Shown here piece after piece: positions 46,529 through 55,878 of a stretch of 64,000 nucleotides of DNA. Position 1 is the first letter of the stretch. Each line of letters opens with the position of its first letter. Below the pieces are notes generated by a model. The model searched no databases and had not been told where the DNA came from. It was given only the letters and a program-made list of their open reading frames with translations. The position numbers and the translations under genes were made by a program. Location of the stretch: IMG/VR virus record IMGVR_UViG_3300025765_000001; one strand, written 5' to 3'. The DNA is from a virus (Duplodnaviria; Heunggongvirae; Uroviricota; Caudoviricetes).

Positions 46529-46925
46529 AGCGGGCCAGATGAAGATCAGCGTGAATATCAGCGGTGACGACCGAAGATCGAAGGTAATAGACAAGCCGAT
46601 TACACTAGATTTTGTAATCAATTATATCCACGCCCAGGGCTACGACCCCTACATTGAGGAGCGGTTAATCAAAGCCGTCAGGAAATATCCGCAACAGGCT
46701 CTCACCAAGTTTGTCGGCACGATCCCGTCACGAATCGTCAAGATACAGTCGGAACGCAAGAACGAGGAGCCTGTTTATCGAGACTTGAACGATGCTGCCG
46801 ATCCTGAACAAACACCGCAAGAATCGTTTGGGGATTTTGAGGAGCAATACTCTGATCCAATAGGAGAAAAAAATGACCAAGAATCCTTCAAAGCAGCAAT
46901 CCAAAGAACAAAAGACGACTTCTAA
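46521..46925 (+). CDS. Hypothetical protein
   Basis: RBS aaggag. Confidence 0.7.
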   Translation: MFEAGQMKISVNISGDDRRSKVIDKPITLDFVINYIHAQGYDPYIEERLIKAVRKYPQQALTKFVGTIPSRIVKIQSERKNEEPVYRDLNDAADPEQTPQESFGDFEEQYSDPIGEKNDQESFKAAIQRTKDDF

Positions 46926-47466
46926 ACCCAAGCCCAGGGTAAAGGCGTTTTGTGCATCACTGCCAACCTCCGCAGCTACAGATTACAGGCCGCTATGTAG
47001 TTTCAATGTGCCGGTCAAAATCGTGGCCGACGAGGGGTTTGTGCCACAATACCAAACCGAAGGCTCTGTGTGCGTTGATCTCGCCGCATCGGTGCCTCCA
47101 GATCATGCGGGAATCAAACAGATAACATTGCCACATCGGGCTAGTGCAGTTATTGACTGCGGGTTCTGCATGGAGCTACCAAAAGGCTACCGTGCGAGCA
47201 TCACCGCCAGGAGCGGTTTGGCTAGTCGTGGTTTGATGGTATCTAACTCGCCCGGCATTATCGACAGCGATTACAGAGGTCGGGTGAAAGTTGCGGTCAT
47301 CAATGTTGGTAAAGAGATCATCGTCATCAAGGACGGTGATCGCATAGCTCAAATGGCTATAGAGCCAGTCTACCTCTTTGATTTCGAGTGCGTTCCGGCG
47401 TTGGAGCCAACCGAGCGAGGAGAAGGCTGTTTTGGTTCTACAGGAGTGGAGAGAAAGAATGCCTGA
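46873..47466 (+). CDS. dut: Trimeric dUTPase
   Basis: VDL, RSGLA, GIIDSDYRG, IAQM, RGEGCFGSTG. Confidence 0.95.
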   Translation: MTKNPSKQQSKEQKTTSKPKPRVKAFCASLPTSAATDYRPLCSFNVPVKIVADEGFVPQYQTEGSVCVDLAASVPPDHAGIKQITLPHRASAVIDCGFCMELPKGYRASITARSGLASRGLMVSNSPGIIDSDYRGRVKVAVINVGKEIIVIKDGDRIAQMAIEPVYLFDFECVPALEPTERGEGCFGSTGVERKNA

Positions 47467-47722
47467 TGAAGTCAAGCAGATGTTCGTCGTCACCGTCGTG
47501 GCACGACAAATAGAAGGTGAATACATCTTCGTTAGACAAGAGAAGGTGTTCCATCACATGTCAAATGCTGAGGCATATGCCAAGACCCTCAAAAAGCAAT
47601 TCTGTACACCAGACGGAAAGACTGTACCTCAAAACATAACCACCCCGCATGGTAACGCCGAATGCTCGTGTGACGTCGGTGTGTTCGAGGTTGTCGTGGG
47701 AGATGGTCCCGATGCCGTATAG
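47459..47722 (+). CDS. Hypothetical protein
   Basis: RBS ggag. Confidence 0.65.
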   Translation: MPDEVKQMFVVTVVARQIEGEYIFVRQEKVFHHMSNAEAYAKTLKKQFCTPDGKTVPQNITTPHGNAECSCDVGVFEVVVGDGPDAV

Positions 47723-48059
47723 CGATCCCGATATGAAGAGAGAAGCAGATGCAGCGTGGCGTGCGGCTAATTCCAGGAAGATGATGGGTTATAGAGTTAG
47801 TTGGAAAAAGAGGAACCTTGATAAAGTCGCTGCACAACGTAGACGTAAAGGACTAAGAAGCTATGGCTTGACTGTCGAGCAATATGACCGGTTGTTGGAA
47901 AATCAAAGTCATTGTTGTGCTATATGCGGAACCACAGACCCAGGTAGTAGAGTTAATCATTTTCAAGTAGATCACGATCACGTAATTGTTCGTGGACTGC
48001 TATGTGTAAACTGCAATCGTGGTTTGGGTCTGTTGGGAGACACACTGGAAACATATTGA
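47712..48059 (+). pseudogene. Endonuclease VII-like HNH protein, degenerate
   Basis: YGLTVEQY, CAICG, VDHDH..VRGLLCVNCNRGLG; TG missing after DHDH, and the C-terminus (KYLRR) lies in another frame. Confidence 0.7.
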
Positions 48060-48086
48060 TTGTTGAAAAATATCTTAGGAGAGCCA

Positions 48087-48830
48087 ATGAACAGACCCCA
48101 ACACGTCCATAATCCGCTTGAGGGCGAGAGGCCGCAGATGGTCTTCGACCTTCAGAAATCAAGTGAAGAGCAAATCTCTATCATCATAGTTCATAAGGAT
48201 AGGCCGGAATACCTGAATATCTGCCTGCAATCCATAGCAGTGACTAGTTTTAACAACAATTACGAAATCATCGTGGTTGACAATGCTTCCGGCAAGGATA
48301 CGCAAGATTTCCTAGACGATATCGAGTCGGAGGTTAAGGTCATCCGCAATGACAAGAATCTATATTGGTCTGCCGCAGCCAACAAGGGAGCTAAGATGGC
48401 GGACAAGCACTCGAAATACTTGGTTTTCTTACATCCCGACGTGGTTATCCTGAACCAAGGATGGTTGGACCTGTTGATTAACGTGTCGGAGTCAACGGGG
48501 GCTGGGCTGGTCGGCGTAGACATGCAATCCTACTTCATGAATCAGCAGAAGCTAGATTTCATCCCAGAGTGGCTTATGATGGTGACGAGAGAATGCTGGG
48601 AAGAAGCCGGACCTTTCAACGAGAAGCTGCCTCTTGTCGGACACTCCTTCTTGTTCTGCATGGCAGCCAACCAGTACGGTTTCAAACCACAGTGCATGAG
48701 GAACCCAATAGCTCATCACTATCGCATCTTTGGTATGGATATCAATGAGTTCGAGCGGATGACGGAACAAGCGATGGTGACTATACCGCAACTTGTGAGG
48801 GAACTGCAAACAGTTCAGCCGATGAAATGA
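48087..48830 (+). CDS. GT2 family glycosyltransferase
   Basis: ISIIIVH, EIIVVDNAS, NKGAKMA, FLHPD. Confidence 0.9.
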   Translation: MNRPQHVHNPLEGERPQMVFDLQKSSEEQISIIIVHKDRPEYLNICLQSIAVTSFNNNYEIIVVDNASGKDTQDFLDDIESEVKVIRNDKNLYWSAAANKGAKMADKHSKYLVFLHPDVVILNQGWLDLLINVSESTGAGLVGVDMQSYFMNQQKLDFIPEWLMMVTRECWEEAGPFNEKLPLVGHSFLFCMAANQYGFKPQCMRNPIAHHYRIFGMDINEFERMTEQAMVTIPQLVRELQTVQPMK

Positions 48831-49291
48831 AAAGCATCCTGCCTGGAGTAGTTCTGATCCCTCTCTCTAAATACGCCGACGAGCGTGGTTGGTTGATGGA
48901 ATTATTTCGGAACGACTGGCTCTATGAACATAATTTCCCTGAGATGGTCTACGTTAGCGAGACCTTCCCTGGAGTAGTTCGTGGGCCACATGAACACTGA
49001 GAACAAACCGATTACTTTGCCTTCATCGGTCCAGGTGATTTCAAGCTGTACCTTTGGGACAATCGGGAAATTTACACCAAGTACAAAAAAGAAGCATTTC
49101 TAGTTGGGGCAAACAATCCCTGTGCGGTCCTGGTTCCACCGGGCGTGGTCCACGCCTACAAGAACATTAGCGACATCCCAGGCTGGGTCTTCAATGCACC
49201 CAATCAACTGTACGCTGGACCCGGCAAGCGGTATTCGGTAGACGAGATCAGACACGAAGATTTAGTGGATATCAAGTTCGACATAGACTAA
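48827..49291 (+). pseudogene. rmlC: RmlC-like dTDP-sugar 3,5-epimerase cupin with in-frame TGA (48998-49000); absent from the ORF track
   Basis: DERGWLMELFR, PGVVRGPHEH*EQTDYF, VPPGVVHAY. Confidence 0.85.
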
Positions 49292-49294
49292 AAG

Positions 49295-49324
49295 AGAAAG
49301 GCCCGCCTCACGGCGGGCCTTTCT
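49295..49324. terminator. Bidirectional terminator
   Basis: agaaaggcccgcc/ggcgggcctttct. Confidence 0.85.
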
Positions 49325-49325
49325 G

Positions 49326-50573
49326 TTACAGTTCGCCGACTTCCACTTTCTCCTCTGTCGGTTCATCATTTTCTAGGCCAATGAGGTCGATGATCCTCTT
49401 AGGTTGGGCACCCATGCCTTTTCCGTCGCCTAGTGCCAGTTTCTCGATGGCCTTCCTGACATTCGTAGCAATCATCCCGTCATCATCCAGTTCATGGTTG
49501 TTCATGATCTGACCAGTGCAGAACTTGTCGAGCCGCAGTCTGGTAATCTCCGACCATAGGACTTTCCTGTGCCACTTATTCCACTTGGCGACGTTCTTCC
49601 AGTGGATGCACTTCTCGATCACGTTCTGGGTATAGGCTTCGATCTTCTTACTCAGAGTCTCTACCTTTTCCTTGAGGAACGGGAAGTATGCCAGTACCTC
49701 GTCTTGTTCTTCATTCACGACAACCGGAACGAGGTATTTGTAGTAAGTCTTGTCGAGCATGTGGTGGTACTTCACGTACTCTGGGTCTTTTACCTTGATT
49801 CTGTGCCCGGTATTTTTGTCTCGGAACACGAACCCCTCGAAGTCCGGCGTTGTCTTCTTTATGTCCTCCATCATTTGGGTGATGTACTCATGGTTGGTGG
49901 ACGCCGCCCAGCGACGTGGCCTCTTGGCCCCGATCTTGGTCGCAACCTTGTCCAGTTCCTCCTCCGTGAGTTCGACATAGGATTTTAGGTTCCTTGCTCC
50001 CAGCAGATAGAGGCCGTAGTGTTCTGGCTGGTACTTCGTCCAGACGAAGCTCGCCTCGTGGATGAACTCGAACACGTAGGTCATGTTTGCACGATGCGTC
50101 CAGTCGAGGGCCTTGACGAACTCCCCGATCAAGCTGAGGTATTTGTATGGCTTACCGTGGAAGCCAGTGATGACCATCTCCATGTCTTTTGCATGGGTAC
50201 AGATCATCCTCCTGGTGTGCCACAGCAATTCGTTGCCCTGGAAAAAGACGCCGACCATAGTGCCGTCGAGTTTCTCGATCATCTCGGCATTCTTCAGGTC
50301 TACAGGAGCGGCCTCCTTCTCGCCTTGGTTGTAGAACCGGACAAACGAGAAGCTCCTAATTCGCTCTAGTGGGTCTTTGGACGCAGCCTTAGTGACAACC
50401 ATGCCACGGACTAGTTGGTTGAAGTCGTTTCTTGGGCCTGGGCCGTAGTTGAGGATGAAGTGGTCTCCCTTGTCGCCGCACCAGATGTTGTGGTGCTTCA
50501 GCCACTCATTCCCCTCTATGCCGGTCTTGGAGATGATTTTACGCAGTCTGTCTAGTTCATGCATAGAAAGCAT
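49326..50573 (-). CDS. RNA ligase (T4 Rnl1-like)
   Basis: Motif I EKLDGT, YVFEFI, EGFVF, RIKVK..EY. Confidence 0.85.
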   Translation of the reverse strand: MLSMHELDRLRKIISKTGIEGNEWLKHHNIWCGDKGDHFILNYGPGPRNDFNQLVRGMVVTKAASKDPLERIRSFSFVRFYNQGEKEAAPVDLKNAEMIEKLDGTMVGVFFQGNELLWHTRRMICTHAKDMEMVITGFHGKPYKYLSLIGEFVKALDWTHRANMTYVFEFIHEASFVWTKYQPEHYGLYLLGARNLKSYVELTEEELDKVATKIGAKRPRRWAASTNHEYITQMMEDIKKTTPDFEGFVFRDKNTGHRIKVKDPEYVKYHHMLDKTYYKYLVPVVVNEEQDEVLAYFPFLKEKVETLSKKIEAYTQNVIEKCIHWKNVAKWNKWHRKVLWSEITRLRLDKFCTGQIMNNHELDDDGMIATNVRKAIEKLALGDGKGMGAQPKRIIDLIGLENDEPTEEKVEVGEL

Positions 50574-50618
50574 GGTGATCCTCCTTCTGTAGAAGGAAGC
50601 TAGTATAACACAAAGCTA

Positions 50619-51056
50619 TTATTCTGGAAGAGCTTTAATGAACCTGGACCACTCTGGATGGTTATGTATAACATCCTGGTGATTTGCATATTCGTTGGCA
50701 TAAGCCATACAGAATAGTTCCTCGTTGTTCTGGTCTTGTTTGTTCTTGGTACGCTTGACTATCTGCGTCCAAGCCTTTCGCATATCTTTATCGACTAGGT
50801 ACTTCCAGACGGTATGGCCTATCTCATGTAGAAACGTGAATTCCCTGCCATAGTTCCAGGGGGCGGCGATGGTGATGGTTTTCTTTTTTTCGTCTATGAA
50901 CCCGACATTCTCGCCATCGCTTAGGGTTGGGGAGGATATAAACTTGAATTTGTAGCTCTTGACCAAGGCACGATGTCTCTTGGGCAGTTTCTTCAGCGTT
51001 TCTTTAGCATTGTTTTCGTAGGTGTCAGCCCGCTCCAAGAATTCTTTGAAATTCAT
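50619..51056 (-). CDS. Small HExxH zinc metallopeptidase-like protein with CTS-like N-terminus (MNFKEFLE)
   Basis: FLHEIGH..EELF; CTACATA 4 nt upstream of the ATG. Confidence 0.75.
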   Translation of the reverse strand: MNFKEFLERADTYENNAKETLKKLPKRHRALVKSYKFKFISSPTLSDGENVGFIDEKKKTITIAAPWNYGREFTFLHEIGHTVWKYLVDKDMRKAWTQIVKRTKNKQDQNNEELFCMAYANEYANHQDVIHNHPEWSRFIKALPE

Positions 51057-51112
51057 ATCCTATGTAGAAGGAAAAGGCTAGAAAAAGCTAACCCTTCTGG
51101 CTATACTACATA

Positions 51113-51356
51113 GGCGACTTGTTTGAGTCGGCACAAAGACCTGTCGGAGAAAGACCTTTAGCTGTGGGGGTATCGGAATAACATAGTTGATGAACTGCGA
51201 TCAATAATGCTGTCTTTCTACCAAGGGAAGATGGCTACGCCAATTGATTGGTCGTAGTTTTAGGCTAGTTTCGGCTTGGTTGCTTTGGCAGTTAAGCCCG
51301 CTCAGTTCGACGCTGGGAAATGCAGGTCGCTATATAGCGTGGTTGATGGCCGACAG
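51113..51356 (+). ncRNA. Candidate structured ncRNA (unassigned)
   Basis: Closing helix ctgtcgg/ccgacag, internal helices agaaagac/gtctttct and ttgat/atcaa, TATACT upstream, terminator downstream. Confidence 0.5.
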
Positions 51357-51359
51357 AAG

Positions 51360-51393
51360 AGCCGCCAGATACGAAGCTGGCGGCTATTTTTTT
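51360..51393 (+). terminator. Intrinsic terminator upstream of phoH
   Basis: agccgccag/ctggcggct plus a-ttttttt. Confidence 0.85.
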
Positions 51394-51424
51394 GAAATCC
51401 ACCACCCACGGATACATATCACAT

Positions 51425-52102
51425 ATGAAGAAAGCTAAGGGCGAAGAATCTACTTCTAGCAAAAGCTCGAAGATCAAATTCCATCTAGAATTCCTCACCG
51501 CCGCACAGAAACTAGCCTGGGCAGCCTTCCAAGAGCATGATGTGCTATTTTTGACCGGCCCAGCAGGTGTTGGCAAAAGCCATCTGGCAATGGCTTTTGC
51601 TATTAACGAAGTCCTGCAAAAGAAGAAGAAGTGGATCATTTTGACACGTCCCATTGTCGAAGCTGGCGAGAGTCTAGGATATCTACCTGGAGATTTCTAC
51701 GAGAAGGTCAATCCCTATATGTTGCCTCTATACGATTGTATGAGGCGATTGTTGGGGGTAGATGGCCCGCAAAGGGAGATCATCGATCGTAGTATAGAAA
51801 TCGCTCCGATAGCGTATATGAGGGGCCGTACTTTTGATGACGCAACTTGTATATTTGACGAAGCCCAAAACGCTACGATGTCGCAACTCAGGCTGTTCCT
51901 TAGTAGGTTTGGCGAGAACAGCAAGATCGTTATTACTGGAGACCCAGATCAATCGGACCTACCAACCAATATCTCTGGGTTCGTAGATGTTATGCGTAGG
52001 CTGGAGGCGGTTCCAGGTGTGGGCATTGTTGAATTTAAGCCAGATCAGATCGTTCGGCATCCTCTAGTCGGGCAAATTTTGGACCGCTTGAAGGATAAAT
52101 AA
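51425..52102 (+). CDS. phoH: PhoH-like ATPase
   Basis: GPAGVGKS, RPIVEAGESLGYLPG, YMRGRT, DEAQN, GDPDQSD. Confidence 0.95.
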   Translation: MKKAKGEESTSSKSSKIKFHLEFLTAAQKLAWAAFQEHDVLFLTGPAGVGKSHLAMAFAINEVLQKKKKWIILTRPIVEAGESLGYLPGDFYEKVNPYMLPLYDCMRRLLGVDGPQREIIDRSIEIAPIAYMRGRTFDDATCIFDEAQNATMSQLRLFLSRFGENSKIVITGDPDQSDLPTNISGFVDVMRRLEAVPGVGIVEFKPDQIVRHPLVGQILDRLKDK

Positions 52103-52123
52103 ACTAGAGGAGAACCAATACTT

Positions 52124-52555
52124 ATGGCAATGTCTAATTACTTGGAAGAGCAGCTTCTAAACCATATCTTCCGCACTAACACCTTCCCGAAACCAGCTAC
52201 GATGGCTATCGCATTACTTACGGCAGCAGCAGTAGATACAGATACAGGAGCTTTGACCGGAAAGGAAGTCGCCAACTCTTTTGGCTACGCTAGACAGACC
52301 CTAAACCCATTGGATGGTAACTGGAAAAACCCGGCTAGCCCAACGCAGGGCGAAACGGACAATCTGAGTGCAATTACGTTTGGCCCGGCTAGCGGCGGTA
52401 ATTGGGGCACGGTCGTAGGTGTGGCCCTTTGCGACAGTTCGGCACATGGCGGCGGGAATTTGCTGTTCTATGGTTTGCTAACTACCTCGAAAGTGGTCAA
52501 CGATGGCGACACGTTTAAGTTCAACATCGGAGACCTCAACATTCAGTTAGACTAA
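52124..52555 (+). CDS. Phage tail-fibre-associated small structural protein
   Basis: MSNYLEEQLLNH, GGNLLFYG.L...K.V..GDTFKF..GDL. Confidence 0.75.
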   Translation: MAMSNYLEEQLLNHIFRTNTFPKPATMAIALLTAAAVDTDTGALTGKEVANSFGYARQTLNPLDGNWKNPASPTQGETDNLSAITFGPASGGNWGTVVGVALCDSSAHGGGNLLFYGLLTTSKVVNDGDTFKFNIGDLNIQLD

Positions 52556-52572
52556 TGCATATCTCATAAACC

Positions 52573-52605
52573 ACAACAAAAGCCGCCGTAGGCGGCTTTT
52601 GTTGT
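52573..52605 (+). terminator. Hairpin/terminator
   Basis: acaacaaaagccgcc-gta-ggcggcttttgttgt. Confidence 0.8.
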
Positions 52606-52625
52606 TTCTGGAGAGTAAATAAGAC

Positions 52626-55409
52626 ATGTCTTCGTCTAGCAGCAGCGTTTCATCTAGCAGTAGTCGCTCATCAAGCAGTAGCAGCTCATCGCTGTCATCG
52701 AGTAGCTCTTCGTCTAGCAGGAGCAGTTCTTCGTCCAGCCTTAGCTCTTCGAGCAGTTCTTCCTCAAGCAGTATTTCGAGCAGTTCTTCTAGCAGAAGTT
52801 CCTCGTCTTCTTCGTCGGTAAGTTCATCGAGTAGCTCGTCTAGCCGAAGTTCATCGAGTAGTTCGTCGGTAAGTTCTTCGAGTTCTTTGAGCAGTTCATC
52901 TAGAAGTAGCAGTAGTTCTTCAAGTGTAAGCAGTAGCTCTTCAAGTGTAAGCAGTAGCTCATCCAGCATGAGTAGCTCTTCGAGTAGTTCGTCTCGAAGC
53001 AGTAGTTCTTCTTCGTCTTCGAGAAGCAGCAGTAGCTCGTCTCGAAGTAGCAGCAGTTCATCCAAGAGCAGCAGTAGCTCATCTAAAAGTTCATCAAGTA
53101 GTTCTAACAGTCCCATAAATCACGAGGGCAGTGCTAATCTTCCGGGCAACGCTACCGTGTTGGCTACAGCAGGATTGGTATTTAGAGTTCCGCACACGAC
53201 TACAGGAACCTCTGTCTTAACTGCCTCTGCTGAGATTGTTCCTGGTGGTGTTATTAGACATATGCAGGGCAACTCTACCGTTATAGCTCTTGGTATTATT
53301 GAACCGGGTGGTGTAGCCAAATTAAACCACACTTCCGTCGTGAATGCTAAAGGCACTTGGTTCAGAGACTACACCACGTCTGGTCAGCTTACTACGGGCG
53401 GGGCCGCTGTCGCTGATATCACCATTACGGTTGGCAAATCGTTCACTTGGCGTGTGGCTTCCGAGCAGGAGTTCTCGAAGACCTTCACTTGGCGAGTCAA
53501 CGATGGAATACTTCGGTACTATAGAATTGAAGGCAGGTGTCTAACTTTCGCCAATTGCTTTAATGCCAGCATAAATGTCAACGACCCACAGTGCGAGTCA
53601 CAGACATTCGTGCAGATTATCCCTGCCGCAAGTGTTGCCGATCTTTGCAGCAAGGCCGCTAAAACCGGAGGTTTGACGTATCCTATGGTCTGGCCTTGGA
53701 AATCGGTTAAGAGGTACAGTTTGCCGGTCGATGCGGGCGATCTAGCTGAATTAGCTGCCAGAGGCGAAGATACAGTCTGCAACGAATTGGTTGTGGAGGA
53801 CTTCTGTGAGATACCAGAGTGTTTGCAGTTTTGCCTAGATTACATTGCCAACGTAGGCATTGGGGCGTCGGTCTCTATTCAGGAGAAGCACTATAAGTAC
53901 ATGCCTTCAGGCGGTATAAGAGTGAGCGGTGATACGCCAGCCGAAAAACTCAACCCGTCGCATATAGGTTCTGGAGGCATTGCGGTCGGTGGTGCCGCCA
54001 TTGCTGCTTCTAGTTTCCACTCGTACACACCTTCTATGTCATCGCCGCATTTGGTTATTGCAGGTGCCGTCGATCCCGTTAAGAGCAGTAAGTGGCATTA
54101 TATCGGTTGCTGTGGCGGACATCCCAATGGTCCCAATGGAGGACTATTGATCGGTGGGGCTGCTGCTGTGGTTTCTAGCTACTGGAGGTACAAAGCCACT
54201 GGAGGCATTTCTGTTGGCGGCTCGTCAGAGGTATCTGACTTCGTATTGCGGTACTCTGCTACCGGTGGTCTACGTTCTAGTGGTTCGGCTCCGTCATTTT
54301 GGATAGACCCGGCTTACGAAGCGAGCGGCGGCATGACTCTTGGGGGATCAGCGACAGCCATTGCCGACTACTATGCCTATGAGGGCACTGGCGGGTTGAT
54401 GGTTGGCGGCGAAGCTGGCGTGGTGTCTAACATCTGGCGGTATACCGCTACTGGCGGCATGGTGTTGGGCGGCATGTCTAATTCGGTTCTAATCTATGTC
54501 CCAGCAGGCGGCTTACTGGCTTCTGGTTCTGCTGGAACCTATGTAACCCTGAGATACACAGCAATGGGCAGCGTTGTCACAGGTGGTACGGGCGGGCCAT
54601 TCATAAGTCCTTGGTTTAGTTACCCAGGTGTGGGCGGGCTTACTATCGGCGGACAGGCCGACGCCGAAGACAATTTCTACGACATGATGGGCGTTGACAT
54701 AGCAGGGGATGCTGAGCTTGATTTACTGGAATTTGTCCCAGAAACTAACATCGATTTACCAGAAGGCACTACAGCTTTCTCTATTGACGATGAGGTTGTT
54801 TTGACCGATTGCGGTTGCAAAGAATTGGGACTGAGACTCTTCATGAGGCATAATTTCGGAGATGGAAATCTCTTGAAGGAGTTTCTGTTCAGAAATGGTA
54901 TGGCATTGCCACAGGAACTAAGCCTGTTGTACAGGGAGAGCGAGTCTAGCTGGAGCAAGAGCTATCACTTCAAGGGCATGGGCCATGAAAATCAGCTTGA
55001 GCAATGGGATTTGTTCTTTGATTGGGGCTGTACGTCAATTGTTGGTGGTCACGATCTAGATGTTCCTTCTTGGAAGTTTGGATTCTTCGCTAGAAGGAAG
55101 AATCTGGTGACGAAAGAGGATACTACAACCAGGATGCTCTTTACTTTTCCGAAAGACGCTCCGTGTCAGGAAGCGGATAACTTTGGCTTCCAGTTCAGGC
55201 TTAATACGCAAACGAAAGACATTACTACTGGCAACGTGTATATTGAGACGTTTATATTCTTTGACGAGATCGGGTTGTTTGATGGCAAGCAATGGCTGAA
55301 AGACCCTATTTTGGAGGTAAGAATTAACGAGATTTCCTCCTCCCAGATATTCAATCGCCTCAATTTGACCCCGACTATACCTGAGAGATCGTTACTATTG
55401 ATAAGTTAG
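52626..55409 (+). CDS. Large probable virion protein: ~160-aa poly-Ser N-terminus and Y.A.GG..VGG repeats
   Basis: Ser tract from mixed AGY/TCN codons; repeated GG beta motifs. Confidence 0.8.
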   Translation: MSSSSSSVSSSSSRSSSSSSSSLSSSSSSSSRSSSSSSLSSSSSSSSSSISSSSSSRSSSSSSSVSSSSSSSSRSSSSSSSVSSSSSLSSSSRSSSSSSSVSSSSSSVSSSSSSMSSSSSSSSRSSSSSSSSRSSSSSSRSSSSSSKSSSSSSKSSSSSSNSPINHEGSANLPGNATVLATAGLVFRVPHTTTGTSVLTASAEIVPGGVIRHMQGNSTVIALGIIEPGGVAKLNHTSVVNAKGTWFRDYTTSGQLTTGGAAVADITITVGKSFTWRVASEQEFSKTFTWRVNDGILRYYRIEGRCLTFANCFNASINVNDPQCESQTFVQIIPAASVADLCSKAAKTGGLTYPMVWPWKSVKRYSLPVDAGDLAELAARGEDTVCNELVVEDFCEIPECLQFCLDYIANVGIGASVSIQEKHYKYMPSGGIRVSGDTPAEKLNPSHIGSGGIAVGGAAIAASSFHSYTPSMSSPHLVIAGAVDPVKSSKWHYIGCCGGHPNGPNGGLLIGGAAAVVSSYWRYKATGGISVGGSSEVSDFVLRYSATGGLRSSGSAPSFWIDPAYEASGGMTLGGSATAIADYYAYEGTGGLMVGGEAGVVSNIWRYTATGGMVLGGMSNSVLIYVPAGGLLASGSAGTYVTLRYTAMGSVVTGGTGGPFISPWFSYPGVGGLTIGGQADAEDNFYDMMGVDIAGDAELDLLEFVPETNIDLPEGTTAFSIDDEVVLTDCGCKELGLRLFMRHNFGDGNLLKEFLFRNGMALPQELSLLYRESESSWSKSYHFKGMGHENQLEQWDLFFDWGCTSIVGGHDLDVPSWKFGFFARRKNLVTKEDTTTRMLFTFPKDAPCQEADNFGFQFRLNTQTKDITTGNVYIETFIFFDEIGLFDGKQWLKDPILEVRINEISSSQIFNRLNLTPTIPERSLLLIS

Positions 55410-55420
55410 GAGAGGTCAGT

Positions 55421-55843
55421 ATGGAAAGTGTTTTTTACATCATTACCGGAGCCTTCTTGGTTCTGTCCCTTTTGAACTTAATTGGCTTGGGTTTCTTGGT
55501 GAGCTACGTTTTTCGGCTTGCCGAGGCCATGAAGACATCCAGTGAAGAGATAAAGAAGTCCAACGCCGACTTGATCGAGGAGATGAAGCAATCGAACGCC
55601 CCGTTGGTAGAGTTCTTGGTTAAGCTAGCCGATGAGGTTAAGAAGCAGAATCGTACCCTGAAGACTATAGAACAAATCATGGAAGATATCAATGAAGAAG
55701 AGGAAGTTGAGGCCGAAATGAAGGCCCAACAAGCACGGATCAAGACTCAGAGGCGTGCCAGAGGTCTACCAGAAGAACCCGGTCTAGTGGATGTAGATCA
55801 AGGGGTGTCTTACGATGAAAGATATAGACCGCCACAGGAATAG
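55421..55843 (+). CDS. Membrane-anchored coiled-coil protein
   Basis: N-terminal TM helix, RBS aggagagg. Confidence 0.7.
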   Translation: MESVFYIITGAFLVLSLLNLIGLGFLVSYVFRLAEAMKTSSEEIKKSNADLIEEMKQSNAPLVEFLVKLADEVKKQNRTLKTIEQIMEDINEEEEVEAEMKAQQARIKTQRRARGLPEEPGLVDVDQGVSYDERYRPPQE

Positions 55844-55878
55844 TTTGTTAGAATGCTCTTGTAGACAAGGGCATTTTT

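Noticed and set aside
52547-53116. 189-aa Leu/Glu/Asp-repeat ORF on the minus strand
   Set aside because: Antisense shadow of the poly-Ser codons (AGC/TCN reverse-complement to Leu/Glu/Asp codons)
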